A stretch of 64,000 nucleotides of DNA from an uncultured Gemmatimonadota bacterium (GTDB taxonomy: Bacteria; SM23-81; DAOVCL01), in assembly GCA_964626665.1 (NCBI GenBank), contig CAZVGK010000009.1, forward strand, positions 1-64,000, read 5' to 3'. The translations under genes were made by a program, and so were the position numbers. The notes under the pieces are model-generated. The model had not been told where the DNA came from. It ran no database searches and was given only the letters and a program-made list of their open reading frames with translations. Shown here piece after piece: positions 42,011-52,266 of this stretch (the stretch's first letter is position 1; each line of letters starts with the position of its first letter).

Positions 42011-42300
42011 CATCCGCTTCGGGGATTGCAGGGGGCAGTTCCACCTGCCCCAGGAGTGCCAGTGTTGAGTTGTGCCGAAGTCGGTAGCTCGATGGGGCTT
42101 CATTTTCTTGTCAGGTGAATTCAGTAGGTATCTTTTCAATGGTAAGGTGCATCTAACTCAGAGTCAGGATATTTGTGAAGGTGGGATGGCAAATAAAAAA
42201 ACCAAGTTATTCCCAGCAAACCAGGAGGTGATGCCTGTGGGAAGACAGAAGGGGTTTGGTTTAGCGGGCAAAAACTTTTAACTTTTTATGGGGGTAGGCA

Positions 42301-44607
42301 ATGAGAACCAAAATTCTATTTGCGATTTTGATATCGGCTATGTTGGTTTTGTCCCTGGGACTTGGCAAAACAAGTGCACAGTGTGCCGATTCTATGATTG
42401 CCTCTAATGGGGAGGGATACCCCGGTGATGCAGGGATAATTGTTCCCATCTATGGCCAAGTTTGTGGTCTAGATATAGGGGGAACCTTAGAGGATTTGGA
42501 TGCGGTCAGCTTTGCCATGCAATATGACACCAGCCTTGTGGTCTGCGACACTATTTTGTATGATGTGAGTGATCCTGTTTATCCAAGCTTCTACGATAGT
42601 ATTCCCCATCCCTTCTTCTGGGCTCCTTACATTGACCCCTCTGGTTATGTCACCGTAGGGTTTGCCTTCCATATGCTTGGAGATCCTGACATACCTCCTG
42701 GTTATTATCGGATGTTTGACTTAGTTTTTAAGGTAAAGTCTGGGGCTACTCCGGGGGATACGCCATTAGACATTGAAGATGGAATAGGCGATATAACAAA
42801 TGCTTTCACTTATGTAACCACTGATGTTTATCCCGAGAAAGTTGACGGCAGCTTTACAATTTTGGGTGAGAGCTATGGTGTTATTGCAGGAACAGTTACT
42901 AATGAAGAGACAACGGGGCCTATAATTGGGGCATATGTTACTGCCAATGGATTTTCTGATCAGACAGATACCGAGGGATATTATCTTGTTCCTAACCTCT
43001 CGGTTGGAAGCTATAACGTAGTTGCTTCTGCTATTGGCTTTGAATCAGATACTGTCTCAGAAGTTCAAGTTACAGTCGGTGAAACTACTACAGTCGATTT
43101 TGCTTTAACTCCTTCGGAGTGTGTGAACACTCTTTTCGCTGGCAATGGTTCTGGAATAGGAGGAGATACAGTTGTTATTCCTATTACTGCTATGAACTGT
43201 GGAGAATTAGACGGCTACACAATCAGTTTGTCCTACAACTACAATGAATTGGAGGCAGAAAGAGTAGACACGGCTGGTACAGCAACAGGAGCGGTATCAC
43301 CAGTAGCTCTATTCGAGACCTATTCTTGCCATTTCGGCGATGAGGGATGGGTAGCCATCAAATGTGTGATCAGCGAAGATCATTCAAAGTTCATTCCACC
43401 TGGCCCTAATAATGTTTTGGCCAAGGTCGTGTTTTCAGCCAGGCCTGCTCCTCCCGATACAAGTGATCTGAAATTTAGAATCTATCCTGAAGCTACATGC
43501 CCGGGAACACGCATAGAGAACGAATTCATTTATGGAACCCTTGAATGCAAGCCCAATTTAATCCCTGGTTCCTTCATCACGCTTCCTGCTTTTGTACGAG
43601 GCGATTACGATGGCAATGGTCACTTTTCTATGGTTGATGCGCTCGCTTTATTGGCGTGGGTATATCACCAGCCAGGTAGATTTCCAACCACTTGCATGGA
43701 TGGTGCTGACTACAACGATGATGGGGCTCTATCTATGGCTGACGCTGTTAGCGAGCTTACATGGTTATATCATCAGCCTGGTGGAATGCCACCAGCTCCC
43801 CCTTACCCGACGTGTGGAATAGATCCTACACCTGACGACCCCTTTGAGTGTAGGTGGTATGAACTCTGTATGAGTAATGATAAGGTAATCTATGCTAAAC
43901 CCTCTCCGGTTAACTTTAAGGGCGCTGCGAACAGGGTTGTAGTGGGCCAACAGGCTTCAGTATCTGAGGGGCACAATGTAACTGTTCCGGTGGTTGTGAA
44001 AAATGCGGAGGCACTGGGTGGTTTGGAACTTTCAATTAACTTTGATCCTCAAGTTTTAATCGCTAAATCGGTGGATAATTCTGAGGATTTTGATCTGTTT
44101 TTCCCCGACATAAATAATCGGGCCGGTAGGGTTACGATAGGATGTGTTCCTAGCCTAAGGATGGAGAAAGGATTGCAACCCGGTAACCATCAGATAGCGA
44201 ACGTTACTTTTGAAATTGATGTGAATAAGTTTGAGCAGAGAGTAATTTTAAAGTTATCTGATGTTGCTCTTTATGATTTGGGAGTGAATAGGTTACCTGC
44301 CGAATGGCAAAACGGGTGGGTGAAATCTACTTTATCACTACCTAAGGAATATGTCTTGGAGCAAAACTTCCCTAATCCTTTTAATCCGGTGACTCGGATT
44401 CGGTATGCTTTGCCTCATAACAGTAAGGTGAGATTGGAGATCTACAACATTGTTGGGGAGAGGGTAGCGGTTTTGGTGGATGGACATCAGAAGGCAGGAT
44501 ACAAGGTAGCTAGCTGGAATGCTAAGGATATGGCCTCTGGTGTCTACTTCTATCGGCTGAGGGCGGGTGACTTTACTTCCATCAAGAAGATGGTCGTCTT
44601 GCGGTAA
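42301..44607 (+). CDS. Non-catalytic secreted adaptor: cohesin-like, carboxypeptidase-regulatory-like, cohesin-like, dockerin-like, cohesin-like, CTD
   Basis: N-terminal module shared with 31477, 45029 and 49246; GDTVVIPI...DGYTISLSYN; FVRGDYDGNG; VTVPVVVKN...GLELSINFDP. Confidence 0.75.
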   Translation: MRTKILFAILISAMLVLSLGLGKTSAQCADSMIASNGEGYPGDAGIIVPIYGQVCGLDIGGTLEDLDAVSFAMQYDTSLVVCDTILYDVSDPVYPSFYDSIPHPFFWAPYIDPSGYVTVGFAFHMLGDPDIPPGYYRMFDLVFKVKSGATPGDTPLDIEDGIGDITNAFTYVTTDVYPEKVDGSFTILGESYGVIAGTVTNEETTGPIIGAYVTANGFSDQTDTEGYYLVPNLSVGSYNVVASAIGFESDTVSEVQVTVGETTTVDFALTPSECVNTLFAGNGSGIGGDTVVIPITAMNCGELDGYTISLSYNYNELEAERVDTAGTATGAVSPVALFETYSCHFGDEGWVAIKCVISEDHSKFIPPGPNNVLAKVVFSARPAPPDTSDLKFRIYPEATCPGTRIENEFIYGTLECKPNLIPGSFITLPAFVRGDYDGNGHFSMVDALALLAWVYHQPGRFPTTCMDGADYNDDGALSMADAVSELTWLYHQPGGMPPAPPYPTCGIDPTPDDPFECRWYELCMSNDKVIYAKPSPVNFKGAANRVVVGQQASVSEGHNVTVPVVVKNAEALGGLELSINFDPQVLIAKSVDNSEDFDLFFPDINNRAGRVTIGCVPSLRMEKGLQPGNHQIANVTFEIDVNKFEQRVILKLSDVALYDLGVNRLPAEWQNGWVKSTLSLPKEYVLEQNFPNPFNPVTRIRYALPHNSKVRLEIYNIVGERVAVLVDGHQKAGYKVASWNAKDMASGVYFYRLRAGDFTSIKKMVVLR

Positions 44608-44644
44608 TATAATTCCCAAAGATAGGGAAACAAAAATTATAAAG

Positions 44645-44683
44645 AGGGTAGGGAGAAGTGAATTAACTCCCTACCCTATTTTA
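44645..44683 (+). terminator. Intrinsic terminator
   Basis: AGGGTAGGGAG/CTCCCTACCCT stem followed by ATTTTA. Confidence 0.65.
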
Positions 44684-44817
44684 TAACAAGGAAGTAGCCT
44701 GATTTCTAACCTCTCAGGTTTGACCCAGAAAGAAGTTGATCTATGGTGACTTCCTGCAAGAGATTCCCGATGGCAGTAATCTTGAGGGGTCTCGATCAAT
44801 TTTTTTTAAAAAAATTC

Positions 44818-44846
44818 TTGACATGTGATTAAAGGTTTGCTATTAT
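44818..44846 (+). promoter_or_regulatory. sigma70-type promoter
   Basis: TTGACA-17 nt-TATTAT with a TGn extension. Confidence 0.7.
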
Positions 44847-45028
44847 AGCCAAAAGTAAGGGGAAATTGAAGTACAATCAAAAAAGTAAGGAGGTGATGCA
44901 GGGGTTATATGTGGTTCAAGATGGTTTATTATCGACAGGAGGCAAGGGGATGTATTATAGGGCGCTTTGGAAGGGATGAAAGTGAAACAGCGGTTTAACA
45001 GGCGGTCCTAAAATAAAGGAGTGGTAAA

Positions 45029-46639
45029 ATGAAGGGCAAAAATGTTTTTACAACTGTAGTTTTAGTTGCTTTTGTTTTTCTTTCGGTATTTGTTTCCAAC
45101 GCAAAAGCACAATGTGTAGATTCGATTATTGTATCTGATGCGGTTGGTGCACCGGGTGATACCGGTGTAGTTGTTCCCGTGTATGGCAGAGTCTGTGGCC
45201 TGGATATAGGGGGGAATTTGGAGGATTTGGATGGCGTTAGCTTTGCCATGCAATATGATACCAGCCTTGTGGTCTGCGAGGAGGTTTTGTATGATGTGAG
45301 TGACCCTGTCTATCCGAGTTTTCACGATAGCATTCCCAATCCCTTCTTTTGGGCCCCTTACATTGACCCTTCTGGCTATGTCACCGTAGGGCTTGCCTTC
45401 GCTATGTTGGGAACACCTGACATACCGCCTGGGTATTATCGGATGTTTGATTTAGTTTTCAGGGTAAAGCCTGGGGCTGCTTCGGGGGATACGCCATTGG
45501 ATATTGAAGATGGAGTAGGCGATATAACGAATGCTTTCACCTATGTAACTACTGATATCTATCCGGAGAAGGTTGATGGTGTCTTTACGATAGGGGAATT
45601 TTATGGTTCTATTGTGGGAGTTGTAATGAATGCGGCAACAACTGCTCCTATAAAGAATGTGGCAACTGTTACTGCTGACGGGATTGAATTATCTACCGAT
45701 GCCCAAGGGGAATACTTTATACAGGACCTGCCAACGGGTTCCTATGATGTCGTGGCAACTGCACCCGTCTGTTTGCCAGATACAGCTGAAGGGGTAGTAG
45801 TTAATACAGGTGAGACCACAGTTCTCGATTTCGGCCTAGTTTGCTTAGACTCCCTATGGATGCCGGACAAAATCTGGGGTGGGCGCTGGTTGACTCGTAT
45901 AGTCCCCGTGTATGGTAAGTTTACTGGCTGGCTTGATACTAACGATGTGCTTCAGGACTTAGATGGAATCAGTATTGCTTTCCGATACGATCCTGACTTT
46001 TTGATGGGAGATTCAGTGGTTTATGACATTTCAGATCCTGATGTGCCCTGTTTACACGACAGTATTCCCGAGCCCTGGTTTTGGGGCCCATATATTGACC
46101 CTTCTGGCTGGATCACCGTAGGGGTTGCCTTCGCAATGCTGGGGGAGCCTGATATCCCGCCTGGAAGGTATCATCTATTTGACATCTATTTTCACAAGTT
46201 AGTTGAGGATGAATGGACTGAAGTGGAATTTGCTGATGGAGCTGGAGGTTTGGGAATTGAATTGACTTATGTGACGACTCGGGTTTTCCCTTGGTTTAGT
46301 AATGTTCCCTGTTCGGTTTACACACTCGTAGAGGAAGTTGAAGATGGAGGACTCTTACCCAGTGCCTACTTGTTAGCTCAGAACTATCCAAATCCATTCA
46401 ACCCGAAGACCGGGTTTCTCTATTCCATTCCTCGTCGCTCTATGGTACGATTGGAGATATTCAACCTCTTGGGGGAGAGAATCAAAATTCTGGTTAATGA
46501 GGAAGAGGAGGGCGGGAATTATAAAGTTACTTGGGATGGGAAAGATGAAACAGGTTCCTCTGTAGCCAGTGGGGTTTACCTCTATCGTCTAAGGGCTGAT
46601 GGGTTCTCCTCCACCAGAAAGATGGTACTTTTGAGATAG
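45029..46639 (+). CDS. Non-catalytic secreted protein with two cohesin-like modules, a regulatory-like linker domain and a FlgD-type CTD
   Basis: VPVYG...DLDG.S.A..YD...HDSIP.P.FW.PYIDPSG..TVG.AFAMLG.PDIPPG occurs twice. Confidence 0.75.
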   Translation: MKGKNVFTTVVLVAFVFLSVFVSNAKAQCVDSIIVSDAVGAPGDTGVVVPVYGRVCGLDIGGNLEDLDGVSFAMQYDTSLVVCEEVLYDVSDPVYPSFHDSIPNPFFWAPYIDPSGYVTVGLAFAMLGTPDIPPGYYRMFDLVFRVKPGAASGDTPLDIEDGVGDITNAFTYVTTDIYPEKVDGVFTIGEFYGSIVGVVMNAATTAPIKNVATVTADGIELSTDAQGEYFIQDLPTGSYDVVATAPVCLPDTAEGVVVNTGETTVLDFGLVCLDSLWMPDKIWGGRWLTRIVPVYGKFTGWLDTNDVLQDLDGISIAFRYDPDFLMGDSVVYDISDPDVPCLHDSIPEPWFWGPYIDPSGWITVGVAFAMLGEPDIPPGRYHLFDIYFHKLVEDEWTEVEFADGAGGLGIELTYVTTRVFPWFSNVPCSVYTLVEEVEDGGLLPSAYLLAQNYPNPFNPKTGFLYSIPRRSMVRLEIFNLLGERIKILVNEEEEGGNYKVTWDGKDETGSSVASGVYLYRLRADGFSSTRKMVLLR

Positions 46640-46665
46640 AGCCGAGTGGGAGGTTTGCGGAATCC

Positions 46666-46701
46666 AAAGGGGGAGCAGATTCTTGATTTGCTCCCCCTTT
46701 A
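46666..46701 (+). terminator. Intrinsic terminator
   Basis: AAAGGGGGAGCAGAT/ATTTGCTCCCCCTTT stem. Confidence 0.65.
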
Positions 46702-46744
46702 TGTTGGGTAGTGGAATATTAGCAGAAATATGGCAAAAATAAAC

Positions 46745-46773
46745 TTGACAAAATTTAATGAGTTTAGTATATT
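46745..46773 (+). promoter_or_regulatory. sigma70-type promoter
   Basis: TTGACA-17 nt-TATATT. Confidence 0.6.
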
Positions 46774-47373
46774 TAGTGTTGAATTTGGTTGTATAAACTA
46801 AGAAAGAAGAAGTCATAAGGAACTTGGCTGCTTTCTTAAGGGTGTGGTTCCAATGCCATAATGCGGAGTTGGCGCATTCTCGGTTTCGTAGCTATAAAGG
46901 TAAGAGCCCAAAGGCTAGACAGCGGAAGTGAGGGGATCAATTGGTGGTTCTACCTTGTGATGTTTATACGGTTTAGGCGATAATAAAACTCCCCAGCATA
47001 AGCCCCAAGGGGAAGATCACACAACTCTCCCAGTTGGGAGTGCTCGCCTTTAGGTCTTCCTCGAAGATCTTTGTCTGAGCAAACTCCTTTACGGTTTGAG
47101 CTAATACCTGCGACACCTCTTCTGTTGCTCTATATACCCAGGCCTCACCTTCTGGTCTCCCCTTGAAAAGGACATCCTCAATAGGACCGCTTCAGAGCTG
47201 ATTACTCAAGAAAAACACATAGACTCTCCTCTTAGGGACGCTTCATCCAGGCTATTGGCAAACCTCCTAACCTAAACGTTGTTGCATCATAAGATGGACT
47301 GTTCAAAAATCATGAAGTATGCCGTATTCATATTTAAAGTCTTTATAGGACACGACGAACAAGGAGGAACAAG

Positions 47374-48918
47374 ATGAAAAGGAAGTCTCTCCTGTTGTTA
47401 TTGGTGTCTGCCCTTATCGGCTGGGTAGGATCCTCTGATGCCACAGCCCAGGATATATGCTTTGGTCCCAGCATCAGGGTGAGCGACTCCACCGAAATGC
47501 CTCGGGTTGGTCCTTCCATCGCCGTGGATACTTGCAGCAATATAAATGTGGTCTGGTGGGATTGCCGTGATGGCTTTGAGTCTAAAGACATTTACTTCTC
47601 CAGATCCACTGACGAGGGATTAACCTGGAGCACAAGTGTCAAGGTAAACGATGAATTCCCCGGAAACTGCATAAATCCTTCTTTAGATGTTGATGATTCT
47701 GGCAATCTCTATGTGGCCTGGGAAGACCACCGAAATGGCTCTGACATCTACTTTACCACATCCTCAGATAGCGGAGGGACCTGGACCCATCCCAATGTCA
47801 GGGTAAACGAGCATAGCACAAGAGGGAGCTATAATCCATCTTTAGCCGTAGATGATAACGGAAATATTTATGTAACCTGGACAGACGATAGGAATGGTCC
47901 TTCTGACATCTATTTTGCCAAATCTACAGATGGGGGGAGCACCTGGACCACACCCAATATGAAGGTGAACAGCCCCTCAACTGGCTACCAGCTTCTCTCC
48001 CATGTAGCCGTAGGTGATGGCGGGTGGGTCTATGCTGTCTGGTGTGACAATAGAACCGGGGTTTGGGATGGCTTTTTCTCCATGTCCAAGGACAGCGGAA
48101 GGACATGGTCACCTGATGTGAGGGTCAATGATGATGACCACAGACATGTAGATGACCCCCGTGTGGCAGTGGGCAAGGATGGGGCCATCTATGTTGTCTG
48201 GAAAGTTGGTGGCATCTACTTGGCCAAGTCCACAGACGATGGGGAGACCTGGACTTCTCCCAATATCAAGGTAAACAGTGATTCCTTGGATATGATAGGG
48301 TACTCCCAGCCTTGTATATCGGTAGGTGATAGTGAGAAAGTGTATGTTGTCTGGAGGGCCCGTAATGGACAAGATTACACCACACATATCTATTTTGCCA
48401 TGTCCAGTGATAGCGGCACTACCTGGACAGACCCCGAGATGCGGGTGGACGATAGCCTCTGCATTGCTGGAGAATATCCCTCCCTGGATGTGGACCCCTT
48501 GGGGAATATCTATGTGGCTTGGGATGGGTCGCGCATAACAGTGCACCCAGTGGAGATCTACTTCGCTCTGGGGAAGCCAACAAACACGATCGTTACCGAA
48601 GCACTACCAAATGTCATACCTAAAACATTTAAACTATCTCAGAACTACCCCAATCCCTTTAACCCCACTACAATTATACGCTACACCATTCCAGATAGAG
48701 ATAGAGAGGGGAGACCGCATCGCACCACCCTAAAAGTCTACAACATCTTGGGGCAGGAGATAAGGAAACTGGTCGAGGAAGAGCAGAGACCTGGTTTTTA
48801 TACCATCTGTTGGGATGGAAAGGACTATAATGAAAAAAAAATGGGAAGTGGCATCTATTTTTGCAGGCTTCAGTGCGGTGATTTTGTAGCCACTAAAAAG
48901 GTTGTTCTGCTTAAGTAG
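47374..48918 (+). CDS. Secreted BNR/Asp-box beta-propeller (sialidase-fold) protein with a FlgD-type CTD
   Basis: AAGGAGG RBS; six SxDxGxTW Asp-boxes; CTD. Confidence 0.82.
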   Translation: MKRKSLLLLLVSALIGWVGSSDATAQDICFGPSIRVSDSTEMPRVGPSIAVDTCSNINVVWWDCRDGFESKDIYFSRSTDEGLTWSTSVKVNDEFPGNCINPSLDVDDSGNLYVAWEDHRNGSDIYFTTSSDSGGTWTHPNVRVNEHSTRGSYNPSLAVDDNGNIYVTWTDDRNGPSDIYFAKSTDGGSTWTTPNMKVNSPSTGYQLLSHVAVGDGGWVYAVWCDNRTGVWDGFFSMSKDSGRTWSPDVRVNDDDHRHVDDPRVAVGKDGAIYVVWKVGGIYLAKSTDDGETWTSPNIKVNSDSLDMIGYSQPCISVGDSEKVYVVWRARNGQDYTTHIYFAMSSDSGTTWTDPEMRVDDSLCIAGEYPSLDVDPLGNIYVAWDGSRITVHPVEIYFALGKPTNTIVTEALPNVIPKTFKLSQNYPNPFNPTTIIRYTIPDRDREGRPHRTTLKVYNILGQEIRKLVEEEQRPGFYTICWDGKDYNEKKMGSGIYFCRLQCGDFVATKKVVLLK

Positions 48919-49245
48919 TTGTGAGGAACCAAGATAATAATTCAGGCCCGATAGCCTTTAAGGGTGATCCTGGAGGTGATCAAAATGTGCACCTGAGGGT
49001 CTTCTCTTTCAATCTTTAGCTTTTAACCTCAAGAAGGAGGCACAAGATGACCAGCATAAAGATCTGATAGCATTTTCTCCAATTTTGCGGCAATTGTCTG
49101 TTTTTTAATATAAAGTTAAAACATTTGCAAAGCAGAAAAATGGGCCAAGAGCTCTCAGTGAATCTGGGAGGTGGTGTCTGTGGGAAAACAGTGGAGTATT
49201 GGACAAGTGCGCAAAGGATTTTTAGCTTTTTTAGGAGGAGGAATA

Positions 49246-52200
49246 ATGAAAACAAAGATTCTACTTGCAGTTTTGCTATTGGCTATGCTGGCCTTGCCCT
49301 TAGATACTGGCAGGGTGAACGCGCAGCAGTGTGCCGATTCTATGATTGTCTCTAATGGAGAGGGATATCCCGGTGATACAGGGATAGTTGTTCCTATATA
49401 TGGCAGAGTTTGCGGCCTGGATATAGGGGGGAATTTAGAGGATTTGGATGGGGTAAGCTTTGCCATTCAATATGATACCAGCCTCGTCGTCTGCGAGGAG
49501 GTCTTATATGATGTAAGTGATCCTGTTTATCCGAGTTTTCATGATAGTATTCCCAATCCTTTCTTTTGGGCTCCTTACATTGACCTTTCTGGCTATGTCA
49601 CTGTAGGTCTTGCCTTTGCTATGCTGGGAACACCTGACATACCGCCAGGATATTATCGGATGTTTGATTTAGTTTTTTCCGTTAAACCTGGGGCTACTCC
49701 AGGGAATACGTCTTTAGACATTGAGGATGGCGTTGGCGGTATAACGAATGCCTTCACCTATGTAACCACGGATGTTTATCCGGAGAAGGTTGATGGTGTT
49801 TTTACGATTTTGGCTCATTATGGTGGAGTTTCGGGGATAGTTGAGAATAAGGATACTTCCCAACCTATCTCAGAGGGAGTGGTTAAGATTAGCGGTGGTG
49901 ATTCAACTTTTACTAACTCCAGTGGGTATTATTACCTTGACGCCACTACTGGTCCACACACCGTCATCGCCAGGGCAATGGGCTTTGATCCCGATACGGC
50001 AGAGGTCACAGTTGTAGAGGGAGATACACTCACGGTCAATTTCTCCTTGACCCCTCATTATGGGAGCATTGGTGGAACGGTTGCTGATTCGGAATTTGTG
50101 CATATTTCCGGAGCTGTAGTGACTGCAGGGGGTAAAAGTGATCTCACCAGCGGTGATGGAACATACCAGATCGATAACCTTTTGGTCGGAACCTATACGG
50201 TTACCGCTTCGGCCAGCGGGTATTATCAGAATGTCAAGTCAGGGATTGAGGTTCAGGAGGGGGAGGTAACCACTGTTGATTTCGTTTTGGCTCGCCAGGG
50301 GCTTGCTTCGCCAGTGAATCTGGAGGCTATATCTGAGTTGGATAGCCATGTCCCCCTCAACTGGCAATCGCCCTATTCGGGCATTTCTATTCTCTTGGTG
50401 GATGATGACGGGAGTTCCGGAACCGGATATGCTGATGTCTCAAACTATTTTACCGACGTCTTGGACTCTGCTGGATATTCTTATACACATCTGGAGGTCG
50501 AATATCCTAACAATGGCCCCGATTCAACGGTTTTAAGGGATTATGATGTGGTTATCTGGTTCACCGGGGAGACGGCGGGGAATCATCCAGAAGATACAAT
50601 CACCCCTGATGATGAGGTCAACCTGGCCGCTTATCTCAGATCTGGGGGAACCCTTTTTCTCTCCTCTCAGGATTACTTCAAGGACAGGTATCCCGGTTCA
50701 GGGGCCTTCACTCCCGGGGATTTTCCTTATGATTATCTGCAGGTTGACTCCACCTACCAGGATTACTGGGTCGGACAGACCACGGGCCAGATCTATGGGG
50801 AGGATAACTCAATAGCTCAGGGACTCTGTTTTACTACCCAGGATCCGTTTAGCAGGAAGGATGGGCTGTATGTAGATAGGATTTTTACTCAGGCAGTTGA
50901 ACTCTTAAAGGATAATCCGAGTGAAATTCCAGGTCCTGATCGAGGGATCTGTGCCCTTCAGCATGACAGTGGTGTTTACAGGTTTGTGTTTACCACCTTT
51001 TCTTTCCCTGGCTTGGTCGATTCGTATACACCTTTATGTTCAGGGAGAAGAGTTAGGCTGATGTACAATATCATCCAGTTTCTGGCCCATGGAGAGGTAG
51101 GTGAAGGAGGGCTTCTGTTGAATTATAGCCTCTATCGGGGCGATTCTCCTGGATTTGAGCCTTCACCCTCTAACCTTATAGCTATCTTATCCCCTTGGGT
51201 GACCATTTATGATGATACCTCAGTTACCAATGGACGGACTTATTACTATAAGGTTACTGCAATCTATGAAGGAGGGGAGAGTGATCCTTCCAATGAGGTC
51301 TCGGCAATGCCCTGGGTGGCCCATAACCCCGAGCCATTTAGCCTTCTTAGCCCAGCAGATGGCGATACCGTCTGGCAGCTATCGGCAACCCCGACCTGGC
51401 ATCAGACGACGGATCCCGACCCTGGAGATACCTTAACCTACAGTCTCTTCTGGGATACGGACTCTGCTTTCAGCCATCCGGATAGCTTACCAGGCCTCAC
51501 AGATACCACCGTTGTTATCTCTGACCTTTCCGATGAGACCACTTACTGGTGGAAGGTGAAGGCGGTGGATACCAACACATCCGGCCGATGGAGCGAGGAG
51601 ACATTTAGCTTTACGACTTATTACCCGGAGCCACCGGAGGAGTTCAGTCTCATTTATCCCCAGGATGGGGACACGGCTATATCTTTACTGCCGACTTTAG
51701 CCTGGCATCCAGCCCCTGATCCCGATACTGGTGATAGGATAACCTATTCGCTGATTTATTCAACCCACAATGATTTCTCAGATTCGGTGATGATCCCCGG
51801 GCTGGAGGATACAAGCTATGCCTTTGCGGACAGCCTGCAGCCGGAGACAGACTACTACTGGAAGGCGTTGGCCAAAGACAGGTTTGATCTAATCACCCAG
51901 TGTGCGGCCTCCTATCACTTTACTACTCGTAAGTCCGGTGTGATGGCTATTACTACCCCCGAGTTGCCCAAAACCTATTCCCTTTCTCAGAACTTCCCCA
52001 ACCCCTTCAATCCAGTTACCCAAATTAGCTATGCCCTTCCTAAGCCAGGCGGGGTTAACCTCTCGGTTTACAATATATTGGGGGAGGAGATAACTGCTTT
52101 GATCGATATTCAGCAGGAGCCGGGATATTATCGGGTCGTTTGGGATGGAAGGGACGAATTAGGAAGGGAAGTCAGTTCTGGCATCTATTTCTACAGGCTG

Positions 52201-52248
52201 AGGGCGGGGGATTTTATCTCGGTGAGGAGAATGGTGCTTTTAAGGTAG
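49246..52248 (+). CDS. Secreted protein: cohesin-like, two regulatory-like domains, LLVDDD domain, FN3-like repeats, FlgD-type CTD
   Basis: AGGAGG RBS before ATG 49246; MKTKIL signal peptide paralogous to 31477; ILLVDDDG...YDVVIWFTGE; YYYKVTA and YWWKVKA. Confidence 0.8.
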   Translation: MKTKILLAVLLLAMLALPLDTGRVNAQQCADSMIVSNGEGYPGDTGIVVPIYGRVCGLDIGGNLEDLDGVSFAIQYDTSLVVCEEVLYDVSDPVYPSFHDSIPNPFFWAPYIDLSGYVTVGLAFAMLGTPDIPPGYYRMFDLVFSVKPGATPGNTSLDIEDGVGGITNAFTYVTTDVYPEKVDGVFTILAHYGGVSGIVENKDTSQPISEGVVKISGGDSTFTNSSGYYYLDATTGPHTVIARAMGFDPDTAEVTVVEGDTLTVNFSLTPHYGSIGGTVADSEFVHISGAVVTAGGKSDLTSGDGTYQIDNLLVGTYTVTASASGYYQNVKSGIEVQEGEVTTVDFVLARQGLASPVNLEAISELDSHVPLNWQSPYSGISILLVDDDGSSGTGYADVSNYFTDVLDSAGYSYTHLEVEYPNNGPDSTVLRDYDVVIWFTGETAGNHPEDTITPDDEVNLAAYLRSGGTLFLSSQDYFKDRYPGSGAFTPGDFPYDYLQVDSTYQDYWVGQTTGQIYGEDNSIAQGLCFTTQDPFSRKDGLYVDRIFTQAVELLKDNPSEIPGPDRGICALQHDSGVYRFVFTTFSFPGLVDSYTPLCSGRRVRLMYNIIQFLAHGEVGEGGLLLNYSLYRGDSPGFEPSPSNLIAILSPWVTIYDDTSVTNGRTYYYKVTAIYEGGESDPSNEVSAMPWVAHNPEPFSLLSPADGDTVWQLSATPTWHQTTDPDPGDTLTYSLFWDTDSAFSHPDSLPGLTDTTVVISDLSDETTYWWKVKAVDTNTSGRWSEETFSFTTYYPEPPEEFSLIYPQDGDTAISLLPTLAWHPAPDPDTGDRITYSLIYSTHNDFSDSVMIPGLEDTSYAFADSLQPETDYYWKALAKDRFDLITQCAASYHFTTRKSGVMAITTPELPKTYSLSQNFPNPFNPVTQISYALPKPGGVNLSVYNILGEEITALIDIQQEPGYYRVVWDGRDELGREVSSGIYFYRLRAGDFISVRRMVLLR

Positions 52249-52266
52249 GAGAAATAAGCTCTTTGT

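Noticed and set aside
46974-47270. Minus-strand coding-like stretch (SGPIEDVLFKG...) after an in-frame TGA
   Set aside because: A second TGA lies upstream, there is no in-frame start and no recognisable family; possibly a decayed gene.
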